Origin: the human T2T-CHM13v2.0 reference genome, Homo sapiens
NCBI RefSeq assembly: GCF_009914755.1
Contig: NC_060931.1
Length of the DNA: 64,000 nucleotides
Reading direction: 5' to 3' (one strand)
The position numbers were made by a program, and so were the translations under genes. Under the pieces are notes generated by a model. It searched no databases and had not been told where the DNA came from. It worked only from the letters and a program-made list of their open reading frames with translations. This document shows positions 26,200 through 38,864 of the stretch, piece after piece; positions within the stretch are counted from its first letter, which is position 1, and the number at the start of each line of letters is the position of its first letter.

Positions 26200-28082
26200 A
26201 AGGGGGAGTTCACAAGCCCCCTGGCAGCTTGACCACTTCCACATCCCTACTGGAAGTTCTAGAAGAATTTCCACAGAAAACACTTTGGAAACCACTGATT
26301 TAGGAATTGGAGAGTAGCTGATAAATTCTGAGGAGGGAGAATTAGGTATTTTGAAAGATTACTCTTGAGGTTTTATGACTGGTTGCTGTAAAAGGAGTGT
26401 GGCTGATACCAAGAGATAAGCACAAAAGTTCAGGTGAGATAGCAAGAGGACAAATTGGAGCTCTCATTGTTGAGAAAAGAGGCCTTGATAAACACACCAC
26501 CCTTTCAGCTTTGACCCTTGCAGGGCTAGATCAGCTTCATAAACACTCACATCCAATTTGGAATCATATCATTCCCAGACTGATCTATGATAATCTGCTT
26601 CTACTCTAACTGCCTGACAGGAGGAAAAGCAAATTTCTCTGAAAGAAGAGAACATCTTGTACAACCTCAAAATATTACATTTTCAAATATAGTATCTGTC
26701 ACTCAATCAAAGACAACCAAACATGCAAAAAGATAAAATTGAGTGAGAATCAAGAGAAACACAGATGATAGATACAAATTCATGAAAAAGCCACATAGTA
26801 AAGTTACCAGACATAGACTTTAGGTTAACTGTTATTTATAAGTTTAAATGTGATTAATAAATGACCTGATGGATAATTTCAATGGAGAATTAGATATGAT
26901 AAAAAGAATCAAACAGTCATTCTATAATGTAAATAAATAACTTAGTAGATGAGTTTAACAGCACAGTGGGCACAGCTGAAGCAAGAATTAGTAAACCAGA
27001 ATGCAGGTCAGAAGAAAATATCCAGACTGATGCACAGCGAGACAAATAGTGAAAAATGTATAAAATCTAAAAGAGAATATGGGACATGGAGAAATGGCCT
27101 CTAACATATGCATAATCGGAAACCCAGAAAGACAGGAGAAAGAGAAAAGAGGTAGGAGTAATACATAAAGAGATATTGACCAATAATTTTTGGAGACAAA
27201 TGAAATGAGACAAGCGCAACTTGCATGAGTTACAAATTCCAATTAGAATAAATAAAAAGGGAATGATATGAACTGATAAACATACTATGGTTTATTTATC
27301 ATGGGAACTCTCTGTACCTTCTGTTTAATTTTGCTGTTAACCTAAAACTGTTCTTAAAAGTAGTCTATTAAAAAAAAAGATCCCTCACTTACGAAAAAGG
27401 AAACTAGGCCTACACTCACAGACAAACAACTGAAAACCAAAGGACAAAAGGAAATATTATATGTAGCCAGATAAAAAGGACATATTCATTTCAAAATAAC
27501 ATAAATAAGACCTATCACTAACTTTCAACAGAAAAATGGAAGCCAAAGGACAACAGAATGACACTTTGAAAGGACTGAAAGAAAATAGCTGACAATCTAC
27601 AATTCTATACCCAACAAAAGTATCCTTCAAACACAAACATAAAATAAAGACACTTCCAAAAAGCAAAAACAGATAATTTGTTAGCAGCATATCCTTACTA
27701 AAGAAAATAAAGAGGGGGAGTTTTTAAGGCAAAAGAAAGATGAGTCAGATGAAAGAAGGTGTAAATGCAGAAAGGAATAAAGAGCAACAAAAAAAGTAAA
27801 TATCCATGTAAGTCTGCATTAATTTTGACTATGTAAAGCAATAATAATAATTAATAATAATAATAATAACGTGTCTCATCTTTAAATTATATGTTGGGTT
27901 TTTCAAAATATGATAATAATAATAGAAAAGGCAAGATAGAGAGTAAATGGACTTAAAATGTTGTAACATCCTATATTGTCCAAGAGGCGTTAAGAGTAGT
28001 AACTTAAATAAGATTTTAATAAGTCATGGTTGTGTATTGTAACATCTAAAACACTGAAGGAATAGTAAAAGAATATATAACT

Positions 28083-28518
28083 TAATTAGTTTTGTAGGGA
28101 CACTATAACAGATTACCACAAACTGGCTGGCTTAAAACAACAGAAATTTACTCTCTTATGGCTCAGGAGGCCAGAAGACCAAAATCAGGGCATTTTGGGA
28201 GCAGGGCCACGCTCCCATCAAAGGTTCTGGAGAGGGTGCTTCCTTGCCTTTTCCAGCTTCTGGTGGCTTCTGGCATTCCTTGGCTTGTGGCTGCATCACT
28301 CCAATCCCTGCCTTTGCCTTCACATGGCCTTACCTATGTGTCTGTGCAGTCTGTGTGTCCTTTTCTGTCTCTTATAAGGGCATTATCATCATTTGACTTA
28401 TAGCCCACTCTAAGCTCTACTTTAATTGCATCTATAAAAACTGTATTTCCAAATAAGGTAACATTCTGAGGTTCTGGATGGACATGAATTTTGGGGGAAC
28501 ACTATTTAGCTCACTACA
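28083..28518 (-). mobile_element. MLT1B/C-like MaLR LTR
   Basis: accacaaactggctggcttaaaacaacagaaatttactctc...ttttgggggaacactatttagctcactaca. Confidence 0.8.
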
Positions 28519-29150
28519 ATAACTAGCAAAGAAGATTTTAAAAAGTAGAGAAAAAGGAATATAGAAGAGTTGAGAACATGAAAAAACAAATAATAATAAT
28601 AATAACGTATAAAAGCAAATATATCAGTAATTAAGTGAAATGAAGTAATTAAAAACAAAAATTTCTAAAATTAGAATTAATATAATCTCCAAACAATGAA
28701 ATTATAAGAGCCATACTTTGAAGCTGAAGATATGTAACATAAAATGACAGGGAAAATATGTACCATGCAAACCTAACAAAAAGAAACTACGTAAAGTTAT
28801 AGTCCACAAATTATATTTTAAACAAGAAGCATTCCTACAGATAGAGATATTTCATAATGATACCAAGGTCAACTCATCAGAAACATTAAAACAAATTTAA
28901 ATTTTAGTGCACAGAATATCACAGTCTCAAAATAGATAAAGCAATAATTAAGAGAACTAACAGAAAAAGTGTTTTGATATATAATCATAGTGGGTGATTT
29001 TATTTTATTTGTTTTAAAATTAAACATTCAAAGCCAATTGTTCTGAAGAGTGGGTGACTTCAATAACCTCTTTCCATAACTGATAGAAAAAGTGGGGAAA
29101 ATTAGAAAAGATGGGGGGCCTGAAAAATCTCAATTAATAATTTTTTTCTA

Positions 29151-29276
29151 AGCTGGGCACAGCGATGCATGCCTGTAGTCCAGCTACTTCAGAGGCTGAG
29201 GTGGGAGGATCACTTGAGCTTAGGAGCCTGAGAACAGCCCGGGCAACATAGCAAGACTCTGTCTCAAATAAAAAAT
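29151..29276 (+). mobile_element. FLAM Alu monomer
   Basis: Single left-arm-type monomer with A tail. Confidence 0.8.
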
Positions 29277-30229
29277 TTTGATTTACTTTACAAGTATAAA
29301 ACAGTATGCAACGATTGAAGAATAAACTTTCATTTAAGTGCACATGGAAAATTTACCAAAATTCACCATATGTTAGGTCATCAAGCGAGCTTCAACAAAT
29401 TTTGGAAGACTGAACTAATAAACTATATTCTTGGCCACAGTAGAATAGGCTTGAAATCCATAACAAAAACATGATGAGATAATCCTCAAATGTTTGGAAA
29501 TCAAACAATACGCTTCTAAATAACTCATAGAAATTAGAAAATACTTTGAAGAGAATGATAAAATGAAAATCGAACATATGTAAAGTTTGCATGTTACAGC
29601 TTAAGCCATGCTTAGAGGGAAATTTAAATCCTTAAATTCACATATTAGGAAGAAAGGCTAAAAAACCATATATGTAGCCATACCACAAAATTAGAAAAAG
29701 AAACAAATTAAACCTGATCAATGCAGAAGAAATGAAATAATAAAGACAAAAACAGAGCGACATTACCAAGATGGCAGAACAGAAGGTAGTCTGCTCATAT
29801 ACCCGCACAACAAAAACAACAACAATTCTATATGCATCAACAGTCAGAAATCTGTCTGTGGGAGCCTCAGGATTCAGGTAGGTGTTTGTGAAACTTCAGT
29901 GGAGTCCAAGACCTTGGAGGGTCATTTTGAGAGTACAGATTAACACCCAGGTGACTGATTCATCAAACTTGCTCTTGGGTTCAAGCTCCGAAATGACAGT
30001 CCTCCGAGATCCTGGCTACAGCTCCGTTTGGCTTTGAGCTTGTAACAGAAACCATCTGCCAAGGGGGCCACGAGGAACTGCGTACACTACTGCCTTGGTG
30101 GAAAAGCTCATCTGCCCACTGACATTGGTCATGGCAGTGAACCTGAAAGTTGCCCTGTAACTCAGCTACAGCTCTCCTTAGCTAAGATCCCAGCTCAGAG
30201 CTGCTCACACAAGGATCTGAAGGGAGACT

Positions 30230-30950
30230 TGCCCATATCTCACAACTCAGGAGTCTGGGCCTCCTTATTGGGCCTGCCAACTTCCATCTCACCACAGATC
30301 CCAAGGGGATCCAGCTTCAGTTCTGGCCCTCCTGCTGCAATCAGAGAATGATCCTCTCTGTGCTTAGATCTGCTGGGAAACCTATACTTGTCTGGGCCAA
30401 TGAGACAGGCTCTCCAGCTTCTGTCTCACAGCACATCCCAAGGGGGCCCAGTCCTAGCCCCAGCAACTCCTGCTGCAATCAAGGAACCATCTTGTCTGTG
30501 CAGGGACTTGCCAGGACACACATACTCCTCTAAGCCAGTGACGGTGGGCTCTCCAGCTTTTGCCATACAACAGATCTTCAGGGGGCCTGGTCTCATCTCT
30601 ATCCCTTCCTGCTGCAGTTGAGAAACTATCCTGTCTATGCAGGGACCTGCTGGGAGATGCCTGCCTCTATGAGCCAATGTGATAGCCTCTGTTCCACTGT
30701 AGATCCTGAGGGGAGCAAGTCTCAGCTCTGGTCCCTCCTGTTGTAGTCAAGGAATAACCCTGGTTGTGCAGGGACCTGCTGGGTGATGCATGCCCACCTG
30801 AGCCAATGAGACAGGCCGGTCTGTCCCACAGCAGATCCTGAGCGGGGGGCAGTCTCAACTTCAGCCCATCTCACTATTTTTGGGGACCCATCCTACCCAT
30901 GCAGAGGCCTGCTGGGAAGCATGCCCATCTGGGCCACCAGGACAGTCTTG
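30230..30950 (+). repeat. ~130-139 bp tandem array (about 5 units) in the L1 5'UTR
   Basis: Unit anchors cagatc/cacatc/tagatc at ~30295, 30432, 30571, 30700 and 30832; recurring ctcctgctgcaatc and gcagggacctgctggg. Confidence 0.85.
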
Positions 30951-31361
30951 TGGACTCAGGTTCCTGGCCAGCATTCCAGGAATGCTGGCTCTTACCCAGG
31001 TTTATCGGACCTGGAAAGCCACATCAACCTAGAAGTCCTTGTGAGACTTGTGGTAAGCCTGAGTTTAGAGTATCCTCTGTTGCTGAGATGGCTGCAGTGG
31101 TCATAGTCTGAGGAAATTCAACAGTTCATTCTTAGAATCCCTGGAAGAACTTCTGAAGGACAGGCACAAACAAAGCCAGGCTGTAAAGACTAAAATAAAT
31201 ACCTAACCCCTCAATCCAAAGACATTGTCACACATGCACAAGCATCAAGAACATTCAGGGAAATATGACCTTACTAACATACAAAATAAGGTGCCAGAGA
31301 CTGACCCTAAAGTGATGGAGATGTGTAATCTCTCAGCCAAAGAATTTAAAACAGCTATTTA

Positions 31362-31671
<310 letters not shown>

Positions 31672-32550
31672 CCCCAGCTATTTAAAAGAAGCTCAGTGAA
31701 CTTTAAGAAAGCACATAGAGCCAATTCAGAAAATTATCAGAGATTGAAATAATTTTAAAAAACAAACAGAAATCCTGGAGCTGAAAAACACAGTGAATAA
31801 AATGAAAAATGCAATAGAGATCATCAATAACAGAATTGATGAAACTGAAGAAAGAATCAAGCTCAAAGATCAACTATTTGAAAGTACACATCAGAGGAGC
31901 AAAAAGTTTGAAAAAATGAAGAAAGCTGACAGGTCCCATGGGACAATATCAAAAGAGCAAGCATTCAGGTTGTTGAAGCTAAGGAGGAAACTGAGAAAGA
32001 CAAAGGTGTAGAAAGGTTATTCAAAGAAATAGCAGAAAACTTTCCAAACCTGGAGAATGATATAACTACTCAGGTACAGTAAGGTCAAAGGTCATCAGTG
32101 AGATTCAACCCAAATAAGAATATCCTAAGACTTGTTATAATCAAACACTCAAAGGTCAAAGACAAAGAGAAGATCCTGAAAGTAGTGAGAGAAAAGAAGC
32201 AAGTAACAGGTAAGGGAGATCCAGTATGCATGGAAGCACACTTCTCAGCAGAAAACTTACAGGCCAGAAAGGGGTGGAATGATATATTCAGAATGCTGAA
32301 GAAAAAAGGCTGCAAACTAAGAATATTATACCCAGGAATGCTGTCCTTTAGAAATGAAGAGGAGAGAAATACTTTCCCAAACAAAAGCTGAGGAAATGTA
32401 TCATTACCAGAACTGTCCTGTAAGAAATGCTAAAGGAAGTTCTTCAAACTGAAAGGAAAGGATGCTAATGTAACTGTTATACTAATATTGTAATTGTGAT
32501 GTATAAACCATTTATATCTTTACTAAGTAGACTAAAAGACAAAACTATTA

Positions 32551-32864
<314 letters not shown>

Positions 32865-32995
32865 CTACTACATGTTGTTGAGAAATAGGCAATATGAAAG
32901 GGCAAATTGTGACATCACAAATTCAAAATGTGGGGCAAGAAGGAAGAAAGTTAATGTGTATCGTTTTTTTTCTTTATAAAAGGTAAGTTGGTATT

Positions 32996-33339
32996 TCATG
33001 TACTTTGCTTCTTTCTCCCTACCGAAATCTCACCTTGAATTGTAATCCCCATAATACTCACATGTCAAGGGTGGGACCCGGTTGGAGGTAACTGAGTCAT
33101 GGGGGCAGTTTCTCCCATGCTGTTCTCATGATAATGACTGAGTCTCACAAGATTTGATGGTTTTATAAGTGTCTGGCATTTCCCCTGCTAGCACTCATTC
33201 TCTCTCCTGCCACCCTGTGAAGAGGTGTCTTTCTCCATGATTGTGTTTCCTGAGGCCTCCCCAGAGCTGCAGAACTGTGAGTCAATTAAACCTCTTTTCT
33301 TTATAAATTACCCAGTCTTGGGTAGAATGAACTAATAGA
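32996..33339 (+). mobile_element. THE1 (C/D-like) MaLR solo LTR
   Basis: aaatctcaccttgaattgtaatcccc...gagtcaattaaacctcttttctttataaattacccagtc; 5-bp TSD GTATT (32991-95 and 33340-44). Confidence 0.88.
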
Positions 33340-33364
33340 GTATTAGTTTTTTTTTTCACTTTAA

Positions 33365-33685
33365 AAAAAAAGTCTTTATTGAGATTAAATTCACATACCC
33401 TACAATTCACTCACTTAAAGTATACAATGGTTTTAGTATATTCACAGACTTGTGCATCTGTCACACAATCAAGTTTAGAACATTTTCATTACTCCCAAAA
33501 GTAACCCATACCTTGTAGCCATCACCGTATGTTACCCAAATCCCCCAGTCCTACACAATCACTAATCTACTTTCTATCTCTACAGATTTGCCTATTTGGA
33601 ACATTTTCTGTGAATGAAATTGTGTAATATGTGGTACTTTGTGAATGGCTTCTTTTACTTAGCATAATTTTCAAGGTTCATGTCA
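33365..33685 (-). mobile_element. L1MB-type 3'UTR fragment (inside the putative transduced segment)
   Basis: ctttattgagattaaattcacatacc...atttgcctatttggaacatttt...tggcttcttttacttagcata, typical of L1MB 3' ends. Confidence 0.75.
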
Positions 33686-33775
33686 TTTGTTTTTTCAGAT
33701 TTCCAAATTCTGTCCTGGATCAAGTTAGACAACCAGATGTCTACATGCTAGGATGATAATAGTTTATCTCAGACG

Positions 33776-36700
33776 TTTTATTTATTTACTTATTTTATTT
33801 TTATTTTTTAAATTTATTTTTAAAATTTTTAAATTTTTATATTTCAATAGGTTTTGGGGGGAATAGGTGGTGTTTGGTTACATGAATAAGATCTTTAGTG
33901 GTGATTTCTGAGTTTTTAGTGTACCCATCACCTGAACAGTGTACACTGTACCCAATGTGTAGTTTTTTATCTATCACCACCTGTCACCCTTTCCCCCAAG
34001 TCCCCAAAGTCCAATGTTTCATTCTTATGTTTTTGTGTCCTAATAGCTTAGCTCCCACATATGAGTGAGAACATACAATGTTTGGTTTTCCATTCCTGAA
34101 TTGCTTCACTTAGAATAATAGTCTCCAATTCCATCCAGGTTGCTGCAAATGCCATTATTTTTTCCTTTTTATGGCTGAGTAGTATTCTATGGTATATATA
34201 TGCCACATTTTCTTTATCTACTTGTTGATTGATGGACATTTGGGCTGATTCCATATTTTTGCAATTGCAAATTGTGCTGCTATAAATATCTGTGTGCAAG
34301 TATTTTTTTCTTGTGTAATGACTTCTTTTCCTCTGAGTAGATACCTAGCAGTGGGATTGCTGGATCAAACAGTAGATCTACTTTTAGTTCTTTAAGGAAT
34401 CTCCACAATGTTTTCCAGAGTGGTTGCACTAGTTTACATTCCCACCAACAGTGTAAAAGTGTTCCCTTTTCACTGCATTCATGCCAACATCTTTTATTTT
34501 TTTTGATTGTGGCCATTCTTACAGCAGTGAGGTGGTATTGCATTGTGGTTTTGATTTGCATTTCCCTGATAATTAGTGATGTTGAACATTTTTCCATATG
34601 CTTGTTGGCCACTTGCATATCTTCTTTTGAGAATTGTGTATTCATGCCTTAGCCCATTTTCTGATGGGAGTATTTGTTTTTTTCTTGCTGATTTGTTTGA
34701 GTTCTTTGTAGATTCTGGATATAGCCCTTTGTCAGATGTGTAGATTGTGAAGAGTTTTTTCCCATTCTGTGGGGTGTCTGTTAACTCTGCTGATTATTTC
34801 TTTTGCTGTGCAGAAGCTTTTCAGTTTAATTAAGTCCCATCTATTTATTTTTGTTTTTGTTGCATTTGCTTTTGGGTTGTTGGTCATAAAGTCTTTGCCT
34901 AAGCCAATGTGTAAAAGGGTTTTTCCAATGTCATCTTCTAGAATCTTTATGGTTTCAGGTCTTAGATTTAAGTCTTTGATCCATCTTGAGTTGATTTTTT
35001 TATAAGGTGAGAGATGAGGATCCAGTTTCATTCTTCTACATGTGGCTTGCCAATTATCCCAGCACCATTTGTTGAAAAGGGTGTCCTTGTTCCACTTTAT
35101 GGTTTTGTTTGCTTTGTCGAAGATCAGTTGGCTGTAAGTATTTGGCTTTATTTCTGGGTTCTCTATTCTGTTCCATTGGTCTATGTGCCTTTATACCAGT
35201 ACCATGCTGTTTTGGTGAATGTGGCCTTATAGTATAGTTTGGAGTCAGGTAATGTGATGCCTCCAGGTTTGTTCCTTTTGCTTAGTCTTACTTTGGCTAT
35301 GCGGGCACTTTTTTGGGTCCATATGAATTTTAGGATGGTTTTTTCTAGCTCTGTGAAGTATGGTGGCAGTATTTTGATGGGAATTGTGTTGAATTTTTAT
35401 GTTGCTTTTGTCAGTGTGGTCATTTTCACAATATTAATTCTACCCATCTATGAGCATGAGATGTGTTTCCATTTGTTTGTGTCGTCTATTATTTCTTTCA
35501 GAAGTGTTTTGCAATTTTCCTTGCAGAGGTCTTTCATGTCCTTGGTTAGGCGTATTTCTAAGTACTTTATTTTATTTTATTTTTTTGCAGCTGTGGTGAA
35601 AGGAGTTGAGTTCTTGATTTGTTTCTCAGCTTGGTCGCTGTTGGTGTATAGCAGAGCTACTGATTTGTGTACATTAATTTTGTATCCTGAAACTTTGCTG
35701 AATTCACTTACCAGTTCTAGGAGCTTTTTGAATGAGTCTTTAGTGTTTTCTAGGTATACAAATATATCATCGGCAAACAGCAACAGTTTGACTTATTCTT
35801 TACCAATCTGGATGACCTTTATTTCTTCCTCTTGTCTGATTGCTCTGGCTAGGACTTCCAGTATTATGTTGAAGAAAATTGGTGAAAGTGCTATCCTTGT
35901 CTTGTTCCAATTATCAGGGGGAATGCTTTCAGATTTTCCCTGTTTAGTATAATGTTGACTGTGGGTTTGTCATAGATGGCTTTAATTACATTAAGTTATG
36001 TCCCATCTATGCCAATTTTGCTGAGCATTTTAATCCTACAGGGATGCTGGATTTTATCAAATGCTTTGTTTTTGCATCTATTGAGATGATCATGTGATTT
36101 TTGTTTTTTATTCTGCTTATGTGGTGTATCACATTTATTGACTTATGTATGTTAAACCATCCCTGCATCCCTGGTATGAAACCCACCTGGTCATGGTGGA
36201 TTATCTTTTTGGTATGCTGTTGGATTTGGTTCGCTAGTATTTTGTTGAGGATTTTTGCATCTATGTTCATCAGGGATATTGGTTGTTTCCTTTCCTTGTT
36301 ATGTCCTTTCCTTTTTTTAGTATTAGGGTGATACTGACTTCATAGAATGATTTAGGGAGGGGTCCCTCTTTCTCTGTCTTTTGGAATGGTGTCAATAGGA
36401 TTAGTACCAATTCTTTGAATGTCTGATAGAATTCTGATGTGAATCCATCTGGTCCTGGACTTTTTTTTGTGTTGGCAAGTTTTAAAATTACCATTTCAAT
36501 CTTGCTGCTTGTTGTTGGTCTGCTCAGAGATTCTATATCTTCCTGGTTTAATCTAGGAGGGTTGTACATTTCCAGGAATTTATCTGTCTCCTCAAGGTTT
36601 TCTAGTTTATGCACGTAAAGGTGTTCATAGTAGCCTTGAATAATCCTTTGTATTTCTGTGCTATCAGTTATAATGTATCCCATTTTGTTTCTACTGAGCT

Positions 36701-38428
36701 TATTTAGATCTTCTTTCTTCTTTTCTTAGTTAATCTTGCTAATGGACTGTCAATTTTATTTATCTTTCCAAAGAACCAGCTTCTTGTTTCATTTATCTTT
36801 TATATTTTTGTTGTTGCTGTTGTTTCAATTTCATTTAGTTCTGCTCTGATCTTTGTTATCTCTTTTCTTCTCCTGGGTTTGGGTTTGAGTTGTTCTTGTT
36901 TCTCCATTTCCATGAGGTGTGACCTTAGATGTCTATGTGTGCTCCTTCAGACTTTTTGATGTAGGCATTTAATGCTATGAACTTTCCTCTTAGCATCACT
37001 TTTGCGGTATCCCAGAGGTTTTGATAGGTTGTGTTACTATTATTGTTCAGTTCAAAGAATTTTTAAATTTCCATCTTGATTTCATTGTTGACCCAAATTC
37101 AGGTGCAGGTTATTTAATTTCCATGTTTTTGCATGGTTTTGAAGGTTTCTTGTGGAGTTGATTTCCAATTTTATTCCACTGTAGTCTCAGAGAGTACTTG
37201 AAATAATTTTCATTTTCTTAAATTTAATGAGACTTGTTTTGTGGCCTATAATATGGTCTATCTTGGAGAATGTTCCATGTGGTGATGAAAAGAATGTATA
37301 TTCTTTAATTGTTGAGTAGAATGGTTTGTAAATATCTGTTAAGTCCACTTGTTGTAGGGTATAGATTAACTCCATTGTTTGTTGATTTTCTGTCTTGATG
37401 ACGTATCTAGTGCTGTCAGTGGAGTATCAAAGTCCTGCACTATTATTGTGTTGCTGTCTATCTCACTTCTTAAGTCCAGTAGTAATTCTTTTGTAAATTT
37501 AGGAGTGCCAGCATTATGTGTATATATATTTAGAGTTGTGATATTTTCCTGTTGAACTAGTCCTTTTATCATTATATAATGTCCCTCTTTGTCTCTTTTA
37601 ACTGCTGTTGCTTTAAGGTTTGTTTTGTCTAAGAATAGTTGCTCTTGATTGCATTTGGTGCCCATTTGCATGGAATATCTTTTTCCACCCCTTTACCTTA
37701 TGTGAGTTTTTATGTGTCAGGTGAGTCTCCTAAAGACAGCAGAAACTTGAGTGGTGGATTTTGATCAATTCTGCCATTCTGTATCTTTTAAGTGGAGCAT
37801 GTTGGCCATTCACATTCAATGTTAGTATTGAGATGTGAGGTACTATTCTATTCATTGTGCTATTAGTTACCTTAATACCTTGTTAGGTTTTTTTAAATTG
37901 TGCTATTGTTTTATAAGTCCTGTGAAATTTATGCTTTAAGAGGTTATATTTTGGTGTATTTTGAGGTTTTGTTTTAAGATTTAGAGCTACATTTAGCAGT
38001 TCTTCTAGTGCTGGCTTGGTAATGGCAAATTCTCTCAGCATTCTCTCAGCAGTCACAGGCCTCACCCTGCACCCTGCTCCCATGCAGCCTGCAGTCCTAA
38101 AGGTCAGTCTCACTCCCATCGTGCCCCCCAATAGCACCAAGTCTATTTCAAGGCAGCCAGTGACCAGGGGCTGAGAACTTTCCCCAGAACACAAGCCTCC
38201 CTGTTGAGAAAGCAAGCGTGCTCACAGTTTTTTGGCATCTCAGGGAGTCTGCGGCACTGATTCAGTTCCTTCAATGGGCTTGTGGATTCTCTTGGCTTTC
38301 TTGGTATGTTTATGTGGTAGCTCTTGGAGCAAAAGTTCACAAGGTGATTCTCCACGTGCTGCTCTGTCCATCCAAGTGGGAGCTGCAAGCTAGTCTCACT
38401 TCCTATCTGCCAACTTCAACCCCCATTC
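33776..38428 (-). mobile_element. L1PB-type element: 5' end and decayed ORF2 present, most of the 5'UTR and ORF1 deleted
   Basis: ORF2 remnants ([56 protein letters not shown]); L1PB-like 3'UTR; A-rich tail at 33776-33845; 5'UTR start at 38050-38428. Confidence 0.92.
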
Positions 38429-38532
38429 TGGTATTAGTTTTAAATAACTTGTTATAACTATAGAATTTTTTGTAAGCTTCATTGTAATCACAAAACAAAA
38501 ATGTATACTAGACACATTAAAAATAAAAAGCA

Positions 38533-38864
<332 letters not shown>

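Noticed and set aside
30230-30950. Repeat array as CRISPR-like
   Set aside because: Units are contiguous diverged tandem copies with no unique spacers, inside an L1 5'UTR in human DNA.
34048-37671. ORFs with RT/endonuclease motifs, and the antisense 237-aa ORF 35239..35952
   Set aside because: Frameshifted L1PB ORF2 fragments and their antisense shadow; not an active element or a host gene.
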